Of a DNA stretch of 64,000 nucleotides, positions 27,645 to 37,143 are shown in pieces (positions within the stretch are counted from its first letter, which is position 1; the number at the start of each line of letters is the position of its first letter). The DNA lies in NCBI GenBank assembly GCA_038150265.1, contig JAYOTF010000008.1, forward strand, positions 28,595 through 92,594. Direction: 5' to 3'. The stretch comes from Deltaproteobacteria bacterium. Its GTDB lineage: Bacteria > SAR324 > NAC60-12. The notes beneath the pieces are model-generated. The model did not search any database. It was not told the origin of the DNA and saw only the letters and a program-made list of their open reading frames with translations. Position numbers and translations under genes: made by a program.

Positions 27645-27722
27645 GAAGAGTCGCCGAGTTGAAGGTCTTGCGTTGTTCGAGCAAGGCCATGCAAATTCAA
27701 GGCAACAGCGACGCAGTTGGCA

Positions 27723-27941
27723 TCATCGGCAGGAAACGAGCACCTGGGCGTCTCCTTCCTGAAGGGAAAGCCCAAGCACGTTGAGGCGAGAACCACAGAG
27801 GAAGTCGGCACGCCGAAAGCAGTAGTGGGGCGTGTCCTGACACGAAATCAGGTACTTGGAGTCCGGAACCGTCCGGTACTGCAACGACGAGCCTGAAGAG
27901 CAGGCGGTCAGCAACACTGCACTCAGCCAGAGGTACTTCAT
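27723..27941 (-). CDS. Small Cys-containing lipoprotein
   Basis: Lipobox LLTAC plus four further Cys. ATGA overlap with the upstream EEP gene. Confidence 0.6.
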   Translation of the reverse strand: MKYLWLSAVLLTACSSGSSLQYRTVPDSKYLISCQDTPHYCFRRADFLCGSRLNVLGLSLQEGDAQVLVSCR

Positions 27942-28768
27942 GGTTCCAGCTCCAGCCAGATGGGTTGATGATCAGAGGCCGTGGTATCGGTGTCTACCCA
28001 CAGCCGCCGGACTTGCTTGCGGACGGGTCCGGAGGCGAAGAAGTAGTCTCGGCAGTGAGGACCGCCGGGCCACTGAGGGTCCGGATGCACGCCACAGGTG
28101 GCCGGGTGCGGCTGCTTCGGATCCAGCAGCCTCCAGGCGTCTTCCCACACCGGAGCCCCGTCTGTTGAGGTGAGGTGGGCGTAGGACTGGCTTTCGGGCG
28201 TGAAGTTGAAGTCTCCGCAGATGAGCGCTCCCGGAGGCACGGGTGGGCCCTCAAACGGCGTCCCGGGCTTCTGGGGGCCGGGCAGGGCCGCCTGGTCCTG
28301 GGCTTCCAGTTCATGCTCCCGGAGGGCTTCGACCTGAGCCAGCTGCTGGAACTCCGAGAAAAACTCCAGGTGTGTGGTCAGCAACCGGAAGCCTGCCTCA
28401 AGCGAAAGCTCAATGGCCTGCCGGGGCATGGACAAAAACTTGGGGTCTGCCGGTTGCGGAAGCCGGTGATGCAGCACCTGGGTCCACGGTAGCCGGGAGA
28501 GGATCAGGTTTCCGAAGCCAAAGCGCTCGCTCAGTCGGGCTCCCGGACGCTCCAAAGCCGGGCCCCAGAAGGCCTCGTAGCCTGGAAACGCCTGCTGAAT
28601 GTCGCGGAGCTGATCGGCGCCTCCCAGGTGCGGATCATGACGCGAGACCTCCTGAAAACAGATCAGGTCCGGGTCTCCGGCCTTCACCACTGCACAGGCT
28701 CGGGACAAATGGACCTGCCCGTCGATTCCCTTCCCATACTGAATGTTCCAGCTGACGATCCGGACCAT
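27938..28768 (-). CDS. Endonuclease/exonuclease/phosphatase family protein
   Basis: SWNI, CFQEV, GNLILSR, THL, CGDFN, RDYFF, SDHQP. Confidence 0.92.
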   Translation of the reverse strand: MVRIVSWNIQYGKGIDGQVHLSRACAVVKAGDPDLICFQEVSRHDPHLGGADQLRDIQQAFPGYEAFWGPALERPGARLSERFGFGNLILSRLPWTQVLHHRLPQPADPKFLSMPRQAIELSLEAGFRLLTTHLEFFSEFQQLAQVEALREHELEAQDQAALPGPQKPGTPFEGPPVPPGALICGDFNFTPESQSYAHLTSTDGAPVWEDAWRLLDPKQPHPATCGVHPDPQWPGGPHCRDYFFASGPVRKQVRRLWVDTDTTASDHQPIWLELEP

Positions 28769-28771
28769 GGC

Positions 28772-30394
28772 CTACATCCGGAAGGGTTTTTCGGACCGCT
28801 GCATGCGTTCCAGAATCGCTTCAAAGCGCAACTCCGTGACCACTGTTTCCTTGAACAGGTTGGCCGAGAAGGAATAGAGCCAGTTTCGGGAGATCAGGTA
28901 CACGGGACCCTTCCAGACCATGTTGAGGTTCTTGAGGGTGGGCTTGATCCAGTCCTTGCGCAGCCGGCGACCGTCGTCGCGGTGGTAGAGCAGCAGTCCG
29001 CCGTCCTGGAAGTCGGTGTCAATGAGGTAGATGCGGGGGCGGTGGAAGTGCGTGAAGAACTGGAGCATTTCCTCCTTCACCGGCTCCGGGTCGAGCCAAA
29101 CGTACGTCCGGTCCTCCTGAACGATGCTGTCTGGCGGCAAGCGCAGGCGCTGAGCCTCGGCTCGGTGGAAGCGGTTGAGGTGGAACTCATGGACCAGCGC
29201 AGGTGTCAGGAAGCGCCGGAGGAATTCGTAATCCGTCACCGTCCGGATGAGGTTTTCCATGTACGAAACCGGTGGCTGGTGGGGCTCTCGGTGCCACTGA
29301 TCCTTGACCGACTGGTCGGTTTCCTCAGTGTACTCCAGCGACACCTTGCCGTCCTGGTAAAGCTCCTCAATGTGGTTCCAGAGGTGGAAGCCCAGGTGGT
29401 AGGGGTTTCGAGCGTAGTAGGGGCGTGGGTAGCAGACCCCCGAAAAGACCCGGGCGTAGTCGATGATCCCGGTAACGGCCTTCTCCTTGAACAGCTCCAG
29501 CATGATCTTCTTCTCCCAGTACATCGCCCAGCCTTCGTTCATGACTTGGGTCCGGATGATGAAATCGTGGGTGAAGTGCGTGGTGTAAAGGTAGTTCAGC
29601 AGCGTCTTTTCCGAGCGGCTCGTGGGGGCATGGTTCCGGAGAAAGCCAAAGATGTCCTGACAGGGCGCCCGGAGCTTGTACCCCTTGCGGCTGAGGGTTT
29701 CCTGCCGGAGCTTCGACTGCATCTCCTTGTACCAGGCCTGATCCGGATCCTGCTGATGCAGCAGCGCATCCAGGGTTGAGGAGACCGGCGCAAAGAGCGG
29801 GTCTGGCTGGGGCTCCGGAACATGGGTGTCCGTTTCTTGCTGACGTGCCGGGGTGTCGGTTTCAACCGACCGAGCCAGGTTGTACTGGGAGTGGGGGGCA
29901 ATGAGCGAGATGAGGGACTCGCAGGCGTTCCAGTACTGAGAGTAATGCACCTCTCCCATCTGCTGTCGGGCGCGGTCCACCTTGCGGACCAGGTGCATCA
30001 CGTATTCGGTGCGGTCCTGTGTGGAGTCCCGGAGGACGTTCAGCTCGGAGAACTCGCAGTGCCCCACGACGTGGGCCATCACCGACGCCTGCATCATCGG
30101 CGAGTTGGTGTGGTTGAGGTAGGCGTAGGACGGGTTTCCGGTCTGGACCACCTCATAATAGATGGCCGACTCCTGTCCGGTCTCAACCCGGTGCTTGCGT
30201 CCGACCATGCGTTTGCCCTCCCAGATGTTGACGGGGGAGGTGGGGTAGACGCCCTTCTCCAGGAGCGACATGAACTCCAGGCTGTCCAGCACAAAGAAGC
30301 GCATCTCCGGAAGGGTCCGGCCAAAGCTCCGGGCATGGTGCAGGACCCGTTGTTCCAGCAGGTGCAGTTCAGGATCGTTTTGAATGCTGTGCAT
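28772..30394 (-). CDS. SpoVR/YcgB family protein (divergent)
   Basis: YEVV, PSYAYL, VMAHVVGH, TQVMNEGWAMYW, NPYHLGF, DYEFLRRFLT. Confidence 0.85.
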   Translation of the reverse strand: MHSIQNDPELHLLEQRVLHHARSFGRTLPEMRFFVLDSLEFMSLLEKGVYPTSPVNIWEGKRMVGRKHRVETGQESAIYYEVVQTGNPSYAYLNHTNSPMMQASVMAHVVGHCEFSELNVLRDSTQDRTEYVMHLVRKVDRARQQMGEVHYSQYWNACESLISLIAPHSQYNLARSVETDTPARQQETDTHVPEPQPDPLFAPVSSTLDALLHQQDPDQAWYKEMQSKLRQETLSRKGYKLRAPCQDIFGFLRNHAPTSRSEKTLLNYLYTTHFTHDFIIRTQVMNEGWAMYWEKKIMLELFKEKAVTGIIDYARVFSGVCYPRPYYARNPYHLGFHLWNHIEELYQDGKVSLEYTEETDQSVKDQWHREPHQPPVSYMENLIRTVTDYEFLRRFLTPALVHEFHLNRFHRAEAQRLRLPPDSIVQEDRTYVWLDPEPVKEEMLQFFTHFHRPRIYLIDTDFQDGGLLLYHRDDGRRLRKDWIKPTLKNLNMVWKGPVYLISRNWLYSFSANLFKETVVTELRFEAILERMQRSEKPFRM

Positions 30395-31455
30395 CAGCGT
30401 TCCGCGAACAGGGTTTTGATCACTTCAATGGTTTCCAGACGGTCATTGATCTCGCCGAGGCGGATCACCTGGTCCCGGTGAAACTGAGTGGCCACCTGGC
30501 GGTTGAGCAGGCTGAGCCGCCCCGGCTGAACCTCAACGATGCCAATGCGGTTGAAGATGGGCCGCATCTGGTCTTCAAGAACCGTGACGATCTCCTTGGC
30601 GTCTTCATCAAAGAGCTCGCCGTCTCCAAAGTAGAATCCGTAAAAATTGGTTGAGGCCGGGTCATATTCATTGGTGGCCACCTGATGCACCAATTGATAC
30701 ACCGGCGCGGCCAGGGTGCCTCCGGAGTTTCCGACCTGGTAGAAGTCTTCCTCCTGCACCTCATGGGCTTCGGCATCATGGACAAAGAAGCGGTGCTCCA
30801 CATTCTTGGCGCCATAGTTGAAGTCGATCCAGTGCTGGATGAACCCAACCAGTCGCTTCTCAAGCTTGAGGCGCTCGCCGTAGGTGGAGAACGAGATGTC
30901 GCCCATGTAGAAGACGACCGCCTTGAACTTCGGCTTCTCCACGCGTTCCGGAACCTTGTAGCGCCGGTCGCGTCGGTGGAACTCAATGGTGTGCTTGCCA
31001 ACCTCCGGGCGGTACACCTCCATGCCGATGCTGGTCTTCAGCGCCCGCTTGAAGGTCCGCTTCTTGTCCAGCACCGCCCCAACGGGTCCGAAGGTCTTGA
31101 ACTCGTGGGTCACCTCCTTGATGCGGCCCTTGCCTTCCTTCTTCAGGTTGGGCAGGCGCAGGGAGCGGGAAACACGCTCCATGAGGAAGTCGAAGGGGAC
31201 ACTGAAGCGAATCTTGCCTCCGCCTCGTCCGGGTCCTGCTCCTCCACTTCCGCCGCCCCCACCTTCGTCTCCATAGGTGAAGGTCGGCGCGATGATGTCG
31301 TCGATTTCTACAATGACGTCACTCCCGCGATCGCCCACCGACGTCAGGTCACCTTCCGTCAAAATGGAGTCCACCAGGTTTTCGAGCTGGTCCTCGATGA
31401 ACTCGTTGAAGGCGCCTTCCGACTCGCTGGAGGAGATGCTGTCGGTTTCAAGCAT
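30394..31455 (-). CDS. DUF444 (YeaH/YhbH) family vWA-like protein
   Basis: Gly-rich GGGSGGAGPG, LRLPNLK, KRTFKRAL, AVVFYMGDISFS, HDAEAHEV, SGGT, GDGE. Confidence 0.82.
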   Translation of the reverse strand: MLETDSISSSESEGAFNEFIEDQLENLVDSILTEGDLTSVGDRGSDVIVEIDDIIAPTFTYGDEGGGGGSGGAGPGRGGGKIRFSVPFDFLMERVSRSLRLPNLKKEGKGRIKEVTHEFKTFGPVGAVLDKKRTFKRALKTSIGMEVYRPEVGKHTIEFHRRDRRYKVPERVEKPKFKAVVFYMGDISFSTYGERLKLEKRLVGFIQHWIDFNYGAKNVEHRFFVHDAEAHEVQEEDFYQVGNSGGTLAAPVYQLVHQVATNEYDPASTNFYGFYFGDGELFDEDAKEIVTVLEDQMRPIFNRIGIVEVQPGRLSLLNRQVATQFHRDQVIRLGEINDRLETIEVIKTLFAER

Positions 31456-31503
31456 GGTCGTCCCGTTGGAGAAGAAGCGGAGCCTGGCCCTGGAGGTCAG
31501 GGG

Positions 31504-32220
31504 TTACTGATCCAGCAGCTCAATGGACTCGATGTAGGCCTTGGCATGCCGGCCGTTCTTTTCGTTGGTCTTCTGCACATCAATCTCAATGGTCAGGCCA
31601 CTGATTGGGGGCATGGCCTTGCCGAATTCCTGCTGGAAGAGCTGAGGCAGTTCGACCTCGGTGACAAAGGTGGTGTTGAGGCTGCCGTCACAGGGGATGC
31701 AGAAGTACCGCCCGCCCTTTTGCCAGTAATTGGCGACATAGGCCTGGTCGGGCCGTTCCTTTTCGCCAAGGAAGAAGCTCATGAAGTAGGGCAGGTCCGG
31801 AACAAAGCTGTTGCCGCTGTCGACCTTCTCATCGCCAAAGAACACCATCAGGGAGATGGGCTCGCGGGTGTTGCGGGTTTGGTCCCTGGGGCCACTCCAG
31901 TCGGCACCGTCCGGATACTGCTCCACGCCCCAGCGGATGCGCAGGCGCTGAACCCCTTCAAGGTAGGCGCCTTCGTCAAACTGCCGGATCACCAGGCCCA
32001 GGTCGTCATCAGTGGGCTCCACCACGAAGCGTCCGTTTTCGAAGCGAGGGTTCATGCTGTCGATGTCTTCCTTGAACTCCCACCCTTGCTTCTGGAACCA
32101 GTCTTCCGGGTCTCCGGAGGCTTTGGAAAAATCGAGTGTCAGGCGGGAGTCCGCAAGGGCTCCGGAAGCGCCCAGAAGCAGCAAGGCAGTGAAGGCCAGG
32201 AGGGATTTTCGTCGTTTCAT
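31504..32220 (-). CDS. Exported hypothetical protein, possibly DUF3047-like
   Basis: Signal peptide, then LRIRWGVEQYP, ISLMVFFG and ISGLTIEID in a beta-sandwich-like pattern. Confidence 0.55.
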   Translation of the reverse strand: MKRRKSLLAFTALLLLGASGALADSRLTLDFSKASGDPEDWFQKQGWEFKEDIDSMNPRFENGRFVVEPTDDDLGLVIRQFDEGAYLEGVQRLRIRWGVEQYPDGADWSGPRDQTRNTREPISLMVFFGDEKVDSGNSFVPDLPYFMSFFLGEKERPDQAYVANYWQKGGRYFCIPCDGSLNTTFVTEVELPQLFQQEFGKAMPPISGLTIEIDVQKTNEKNGRHAKAYIESIELLDQ

Positions 32221-32358
32221 ATCAGGTCGTCTGGAGGTCGGTGATGGGAGATGTGCCCTATTGGCGAACAACGTAACGCATTTCCTCTGGCACGCAAGCA
32301 AAAATCAAGGCCCTGGCCTGTGCCGGGAAAGGGGGGCTCCGTGGGCTGACAATCGGAA

Positions 32359-32387
32359 TTGCCCGTTGGGGCTGAGTAGGCTATGTT
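32359..32387 (+). promoter_or_regulatory. Candidate sigma70 promoter of ribBA
   Basis: TTGCCC-N17-TATGTT. Confidence 0.35.
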
Positions 32388-32432
32388 GACTCGATTGACA
32401 TTTTGTTCCTGCCTCCATCCGAGATAACGGCG

Positions 32433-33641
32433 ATGACGGAAACCCGCTTTGAGACAATTGAAGAAGCCATAGAGGCCATCCGGAATGGTGAGATGGTCCT
32501 GATGGTGGACGACGCTGACCGGGAAAATGAGGGAGACCTCATCTGTGCAGCAGAGAAGGTGACCCCGGAAGTGATCAACTTCATGGCAAAGTACGCCCGT
32601 GGCCTCATCTGCATGCCCATCGATGAGGCGCGTTGCAAGCAGCTGGATCTGCCGCTGATGGTCTCGGAAAACACGTCCGGACACGGAACCAACTTTACGG
32701 TGACCATTGAGGCCGCGACGGGGGTCTCGACCGGCATCTCTGCCGCAGACCGGGCCCGAACGGTTCAGGTCGCCATGTCTGCAGAAGCGGGCCCCAGTGA
32801 CCTGCGGCGGCCGGGGCACATCTTTCCGCTCCTTGCTCAAGAAGGGGGGGTGCTCAAGCGCGCCGGGCACACCGAAGCCGCAGTGGATCTGGCCCGCATG
32901 GCCGGCTTCAAGCCCGGAGGCGTCATCTGCGAGGTCATGAATGACGATGGCTCCATGGCCCGGGTTCCGGAGCTGCGCCAGTTTGCCGACGACCACAACA
33001 TCAAGCTGGTGACCATTGCGGACCTGATTCAGTACCGCAAGCGCCATGAGACGCTTGTGGACATCAAGGCGGAAGCCGTCTTGCCAACGCAGTGGGGCAC
33101 CTTCCGCGTCATCGGCTTCCGGAGCCGCCTGGATGACAGCGACTACGTGGCCCTGGTCAAGGGAAGCTGGGAGCCCGAGGAGCCGGTGCTGGTTCGGGTC
33201 CACTCGGAGTGCCTGACCGGAGACGTGTTCGGCTCCTTCCGCTGCGACTGTGGTCCCCAGCTGCACGCGGCCATGGAGCTGGTGGAGCAAGAGGGCCGGG
33301 GGGTCATCCTCTACCTGCCTCAGGAGGGCCGAGGCATTGGCCTGATGAACAAGATCCGGGCCTACCGGTTGCAGGAAGAAGGGGCAGACACCGTGGAGGC
33401 GAACAAGGAGCTGGGCTTTCAGCCCGACCTCCGGGATTACGGCCTGGGGGCTCAGATGCTCTTCATGCTTGGGGTGCGTCGCATGCGTCTGATGACGAAC
33501 AACCCGCGGAAAATTGTCGGCATTCAGGGCCATGGCCTTGAGGTCGTGGAACGGGTGCCGCTTCAGACCCCGACCAACCCCAGCAACGAGGCCTACCTCC
33601 GTGCCAAGCAGAGCAAACTGGGGCACCTCCTGACCTTTTGA
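32433..33641 (+). CDS. ribBA: Bifunctional DHBP synthase / GTP cyclohydrolase II
   Basis: [43 protein letters not shown]. Confidence 0.97.
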   Translation: MTETRFETIEEAIEAIRNGEMVLMVDDADRENEGDLICAAEKVTPEVINFMAKYARGLICMPIDEARCKQLDLPLMVSENTSGHGTNFTVTIEAATGVSTGISAADRARTVQVAMSAEAGPSDLRRPGHIFPLLAQEGGVLKRAGHTEAAVDLARMAGFKPGGVICEVMNDDGSMARVPELRQFADDHNIKLVTIADLIQYRKRHETLVDIKAEAVLPTQWGTFRVIGFRSRLDDSDYVALVKGSWEPEEPVLVRVHSECLTGDVFGSFRCDCGPQLHAAMELVEQEGRGVILYLPQEGRGIGLMNKIRAYRLQEEGADTVEANKELGFQPDLRDYGLGAQMLFMLGVRRMRLMTNNPRKIVGIQGHGLEVVERVPLQTPTNPSNEAYLRAKQSKLGHLLTF

Positions 33642-33809
33642 AATGGCTTGATTGCTCAGGGATGCTGTGACAGGTTATGCACTTTGACTTTTTAGCGCCT
33701 TTGCACCGAAACCTGTCCTTCAGTGTAGAGCGGTTGTTAAGGGACCGGCCTCTGGTGGGGTCGTCTCATGCGCTGCGCGATTCTTCGTTAATGTCCTAGG
33801 AGTTCCCGA

Positions 33810-35264
33810 ATGGAATTCATCACCGCCAAAGACCTCATCCCAATCATTCCGGAGATCATCCTCACTGTGGTGGCCCTGGCGGTCATGATGGCCGATCTGT
33901 TTGCTCCCAAGGAGCATCGAACCGATACCTTGGCGGTGGCAACGCTCGGCGGCTTCCTGCTCGCACTTTACGCGGAGTTTCAGCTTTACGGAACCAACGC
34001 CTCCGGTTTTTACGGAACCGTGGTGGCCGATGGGTACTCCATCCTCTTCGAAAGCATCTACCTGTTTGTGGGCATCCTGACGGTCCTCCTCTCGCGGCAG
34101 TACCTGGCCGACCACAACATGAATTACGGTGAGTACTACGTGCTGCTCATCAGCTCGGTCATTGGCATGATGTTCATGACCTCCAGCCTCGACCTGTTGG
34201 TCATCTTCATTGGCCTGGAGATCATGTCCATTTCCAGCTACATCCTGGTGGGCATGCGCCGCGGGGTGCCCCGCTCTGGCGAGGCGGCCCTGAAGTACCT
34301 CCTCCTGGGGGCCTTCTCCACCGGCTTCCTGCTCTACGGCTTCTCGCTGCTCTACGGAGCCACCGGCAGCACCTTGATTCCGGAAATCATTTACTCCCTT
34401 GGTCAGGAAGGCGCCGCGACCAATCCGCTGGCAATCGTCGGCGGCTCCATGATCATCATTGCCGTGGGCTTCAAGGTCGCGGTGGTGCCGTTTCACATGT
34501 GGACTCCAGACGTCTATTCGGGGGCTCCGACCCCGGTCACGGGCTTCATGTCTGCTGCCGCGAAGGCGGCAGGATTTGCCATGCTGGTGCGCATCCTGTT
34601 GACGGGCATGCCCATGGGTTCCGAAAACTGGAGCAACCTGCTCTGGCTGATTGCGGTCCTGACGATGACCATCGGCAACCTCATGGCCCTGCAGCAGAGT
34701 GACGTCAAGCGCATGCTGGCCTACTCGTCCATCGCCCACGCCGGCTACGTCATGGTCGCCGTGACGGTGGGGACGGATTCAGCCCTGAGCGGCATCCTCT
34801 TCTACTCCTGCGCCTATGCCATCATGGGAACCGGAGCCTTCGGCATCCTGACGATCACCCGGCACGGCAAGGCACCGGAAACCTTTGACGACCTCGCCGG
34901 CTACGCCAAGCAGCGGCCCTTCCTGGCCTTCCTGATGGCGCTGTTCATGCTGTCGCTCATCGGACTGCCCCTGACCGGTGGCTTCACGGGCAAGCTGCAG
35001 ATCTTCGGTTCTGCGCTGGAAGAAGGCTGGGTCTGGCTGACGGTCATTGGGCTGCTCAACAGCGGCCTCTCGGTCTACTACTACCTCCGGGTGATTGTGT
35101 ACATGTACATGCGGGACGGTCATGCTCCTGCCACTGAAGACCTGCGGCAGCCTTCCGGGTTTGCCATTGCTGGCCTGATCGGCTCCGCGGTTGCGGTCCT
35201 CTACCTCGGGATCTTCCCGGAAACCTTCATGGAGTTGGCCGCCCTTTCGGTCCGAGGCCTCTAA
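33810..35264 (+). CDS. nuoN: NADH-quinone oxidoreductase subunit N
   Basis: EAALKY, FKVAVVPFHMWTPDVY, KRMLAYSSIAHAGY, LPLTGGFTGK, YYYLR. Confidence 0.93.
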   Translation: MEFITAKDLIPIIPEIILTVVALAVMMADLFAPKEHRTDTLAVATLGGFLLALYAEFQLYGTNASGFYGTVVADGYSILFESIYLFVGILTVLLSRQYLADHNMNYGEYYVLLISSVIGMMFMTSSLDLLVIFIGLEIMSISSYILVGMRRGVPRSGEAALKYLLLGAFSTGFLLYGFSLLYGATGSTLIPEIIYSLGQEGAATNPLAIVGGSMIIIAVGFKVAVVPFHMWTPDVYSGAPTPVTGFMSAAAKAAGFAMLVRILLTGMPMGSENWSNLLWLIAVLTMTIGNLMALQQSDVKRMLAYSSIAHAGYVMVAVTVGTDSALSGILFYSCAYAIMGTGAFGILTITRHGKAPETFDDLAGYAKQRPFLAFLMALFMLSLIGLPLTGGFTGKLQIFGSALEEGWVWLTVIGLLNSGLSVYYYLRVIVYMYMRDGHAPATEDLRQPSGFAIAGLIGSAVAVLYLGIFPETFMELAALSVRGL

Positions 35265-35278
35265 GCCTCTCCCCCTTC

Positions 35279-35294
35279 GGAGGCGCAAGCCTCC
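35279..35294 (+). terminator. GNRA-tetraloop hairpin after nuoN
   Basis: GGAGGC-GCAA-GCCTCC. Weak U-tract. Confidence 0.4.
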
Positions 35295-35330
35295 TCCCGC
35301 CGCACGTCACACTTATTGCATGGAGCGCCA

Positions 35331-35717
35331 ATGCCTGCAGTGCGTCGAGGATTCAGTCTGATGGAAGTCATGATCGTTGTGGTCATCATCGGAATCCTGG
35401 CAACCCTGGCCTATCCCAGTTTGGAGGGCTACTTGCTCCGCACACGGCAATCGGAAGCTCAGGCAACCCTCAGTGCCATACACACGGCCCAGAAGATTCA
35501 TCATGCGATGAATCAGACATACGCCTCCGCCCTCTCTGAACTCGATGTGGAAATCGACAGTGGGGCGACTTACACGTATACGTTGCCGACAGCAACCGGA
35601 TCGACCTTTACGGCTCAGGCGACCGCAAACCTGGATGATGATGCGGCCATTGATACCTGGACCATTGACCAGAACAAAACGCTTCAAAACACGATTAATG
35701 ACATTACCACAGATTGA
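35331..35717 (+). CDS. Type IV pilin (PilA/PilE-like)
   Basis: Class III signal RRG|FSLMEVMIVVVIIGIL. C-terminal DDDAAIDTWTID. Confidence 0.9.
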   Translation: MPAVRRGFSLMEVMIVVVIIGILATLAYPSLEGYLLRTRQSEAQATLSAIHTAQKIHHAMNQTYASALSELDVEIDSGATYTYTLPTATGSTFTAQATANLDDDAAIDTWTIDQNKTLQNTINDITTD

Positions 35718-37134
35718 GCGCCGCCTCTCAGGGCTGCTGGTACTGGTCGCACTTTGGGTCCTCGGAGGGTGCTCCCCGACTCGAATCTACTACAGCGCTC
35801 CTCCGGAGTCCTCGGCCCTGGTGGGCATCAGCGGCATTCACGTCGACCGCTTCACCGGACAGAACGCCGCCCTGTTCCGGGAGGTCCTCCGGCAGGAAGT
35901 TCGCGAAGATCCTTACTTTGAGCCGGTTCCCGACTTTCCGGAAGCAGGCACCTCTGGCGTGGCCGTCCTCGATGGCACCGTCAAGCTCCACTCGATTCGC
36001 GATGAAGAGGAGCGGCGCAACGAGACTCAGCTGACACTGGCGGAAAGCCGGATCAAGCAGCAACAAAGCTCCGGAGATGCGATCACCAAGCAGGCCTTCG
36101 AGTTTGTGGAGATTCCGAAGCAGGAGCGCATCATTCACCGGACGCTTGACCTGGAGCTGGAGCTGACCCTGCGGCGTCCGGATGGTGCGGTGCTGGATGT
36201 GCAGCTGGAGAAGGTGAGCTTTCAGCAAAGTTACAGTGGTGCCGAGAGCATCCTCCTCATTCCGGCGGCTGAAGACGAAATGACCCGGCTGGGCAAGCTG
36301 GCGTTCCGGCGGGTGCTGCAACGGCTGCGTCCGGTTGCGCGAAACCGCATCGTTGAGCTGGAAACAGGACGGCATCAGCGCGCCTGGAGCTTGGGCCTGG
36401 TTGATGGAGAGCACCCCCAGATTGCTGCCGGAGTGGAGTATGCTGCCAACGGAGACTACGATCAGGCGATCAAGCGCTGGAACTACTTCCTCTTTGAGCC
36501 GCAAGCCTACGAGCTGGATACCCTGTTCCGCTTCAGCGATGAGGCGTATGTGCAGATGAAGGCCGCCAAGCTGCCGCGAGACGTCCTCAAGAACCTCCTC
36601 CGCCTGCACAAGCAGACCTTTTCTCAGGAGCAGATCGACACCGCCTTGCTCCGGCAGCTCTCCCGCAGAGACTTCATGCTCTACGGTGGCATCGTCAAGG
36701 CCCACACCCGGGTCTCCAGCTCCTGGGAGCCGCTCAACCTCGCAGCCGCCCACTACGACCTCGGTGTGGTGTATGAGATGCGGGGCGAACCGGAACTCGC
36801 GGCCTACCACTTTGCTCAAGCCAACGCGTACCGTCCGAATGAGAAGTACGCCCAGGCCTGGACCGACATGCAGCACGCCATGGGCGACTACAACCCGCTT
36901 GACACAATGATGGAGCGGACGATTGAAGCCGCCGGCAAGGCCCCTCCTCCGGACAAGGCCATGGTGCAGGCGGTGCGCCTTGAAGACCGCAAGATGCGCC
37001 TTGAAGAAGTGGAGCAGGTGCAGCAGGCGGAAGAAGAGCAGGTGCTGGAGCCCGTCGAGTTGCCCCTTCTTGATGAAGCAACGGAACGTGTGGACCTACA
37101 ACCGGCAGACATGCCCCCCTTGCAACTGGACTGA
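35698..37134 (+). CDS. Lipoprotein with TPR-like C-terminal helices
   Basis: ATG 35698 gives lipobox VLGGC. TPR-like AAAHYDLGVVYEMRG. Overlaps the pilin stop. Confidence 0.65.
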   Translation: MTLPQIERRLSGLLVLVALWVLGGCSPTRIYYSAPPESSALVGISGIHVDRFTGQNAALFREVLRQEVREDPYFEPVPDFPEAGTSGVAVLDGTVKLHSIRDEEERRNETQLTLAESRIKQQQSSGDAITKQAFEFVEIPKQERIIHRTLDLELELTLRRPDGAVLDVQLEKVSFQQSYSGAESILLIPAAEDEMTRLGKLAFRRVLQRLRPVARNRIVELETGRHQRAWSLGLVDGEHPQIAAGVEYAANGDYDQAIKRWNYFLFEPQAYELDTLFRFSDEAYVQMKAAKLPRDVLKNLLRLHKQTFSQEQIDTALLRQLSRRDFMLYGGIVKAHTRVSSSWEPLNLAAAHYDLGVVYEMRGEPELAAYHFAQANAYRPNEKYAQAWTDMQHAMGDYNPLDTMMERTIEAAGKAPPPDKAMVQAVRLEDRKMRLEEVEQVQQAEEEQVLEPVELPLLDEATERVDLQPADMPPLQLD

Positions 37135-37143
37135 AGCCGTCTC

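Noticed and set aside
32221..32432. FMN riboswitch upstream of ribBA
   Set aside because: The conserved RFN sequence blocks are not recognisable, and the candidate promoter leaves too short a leader.
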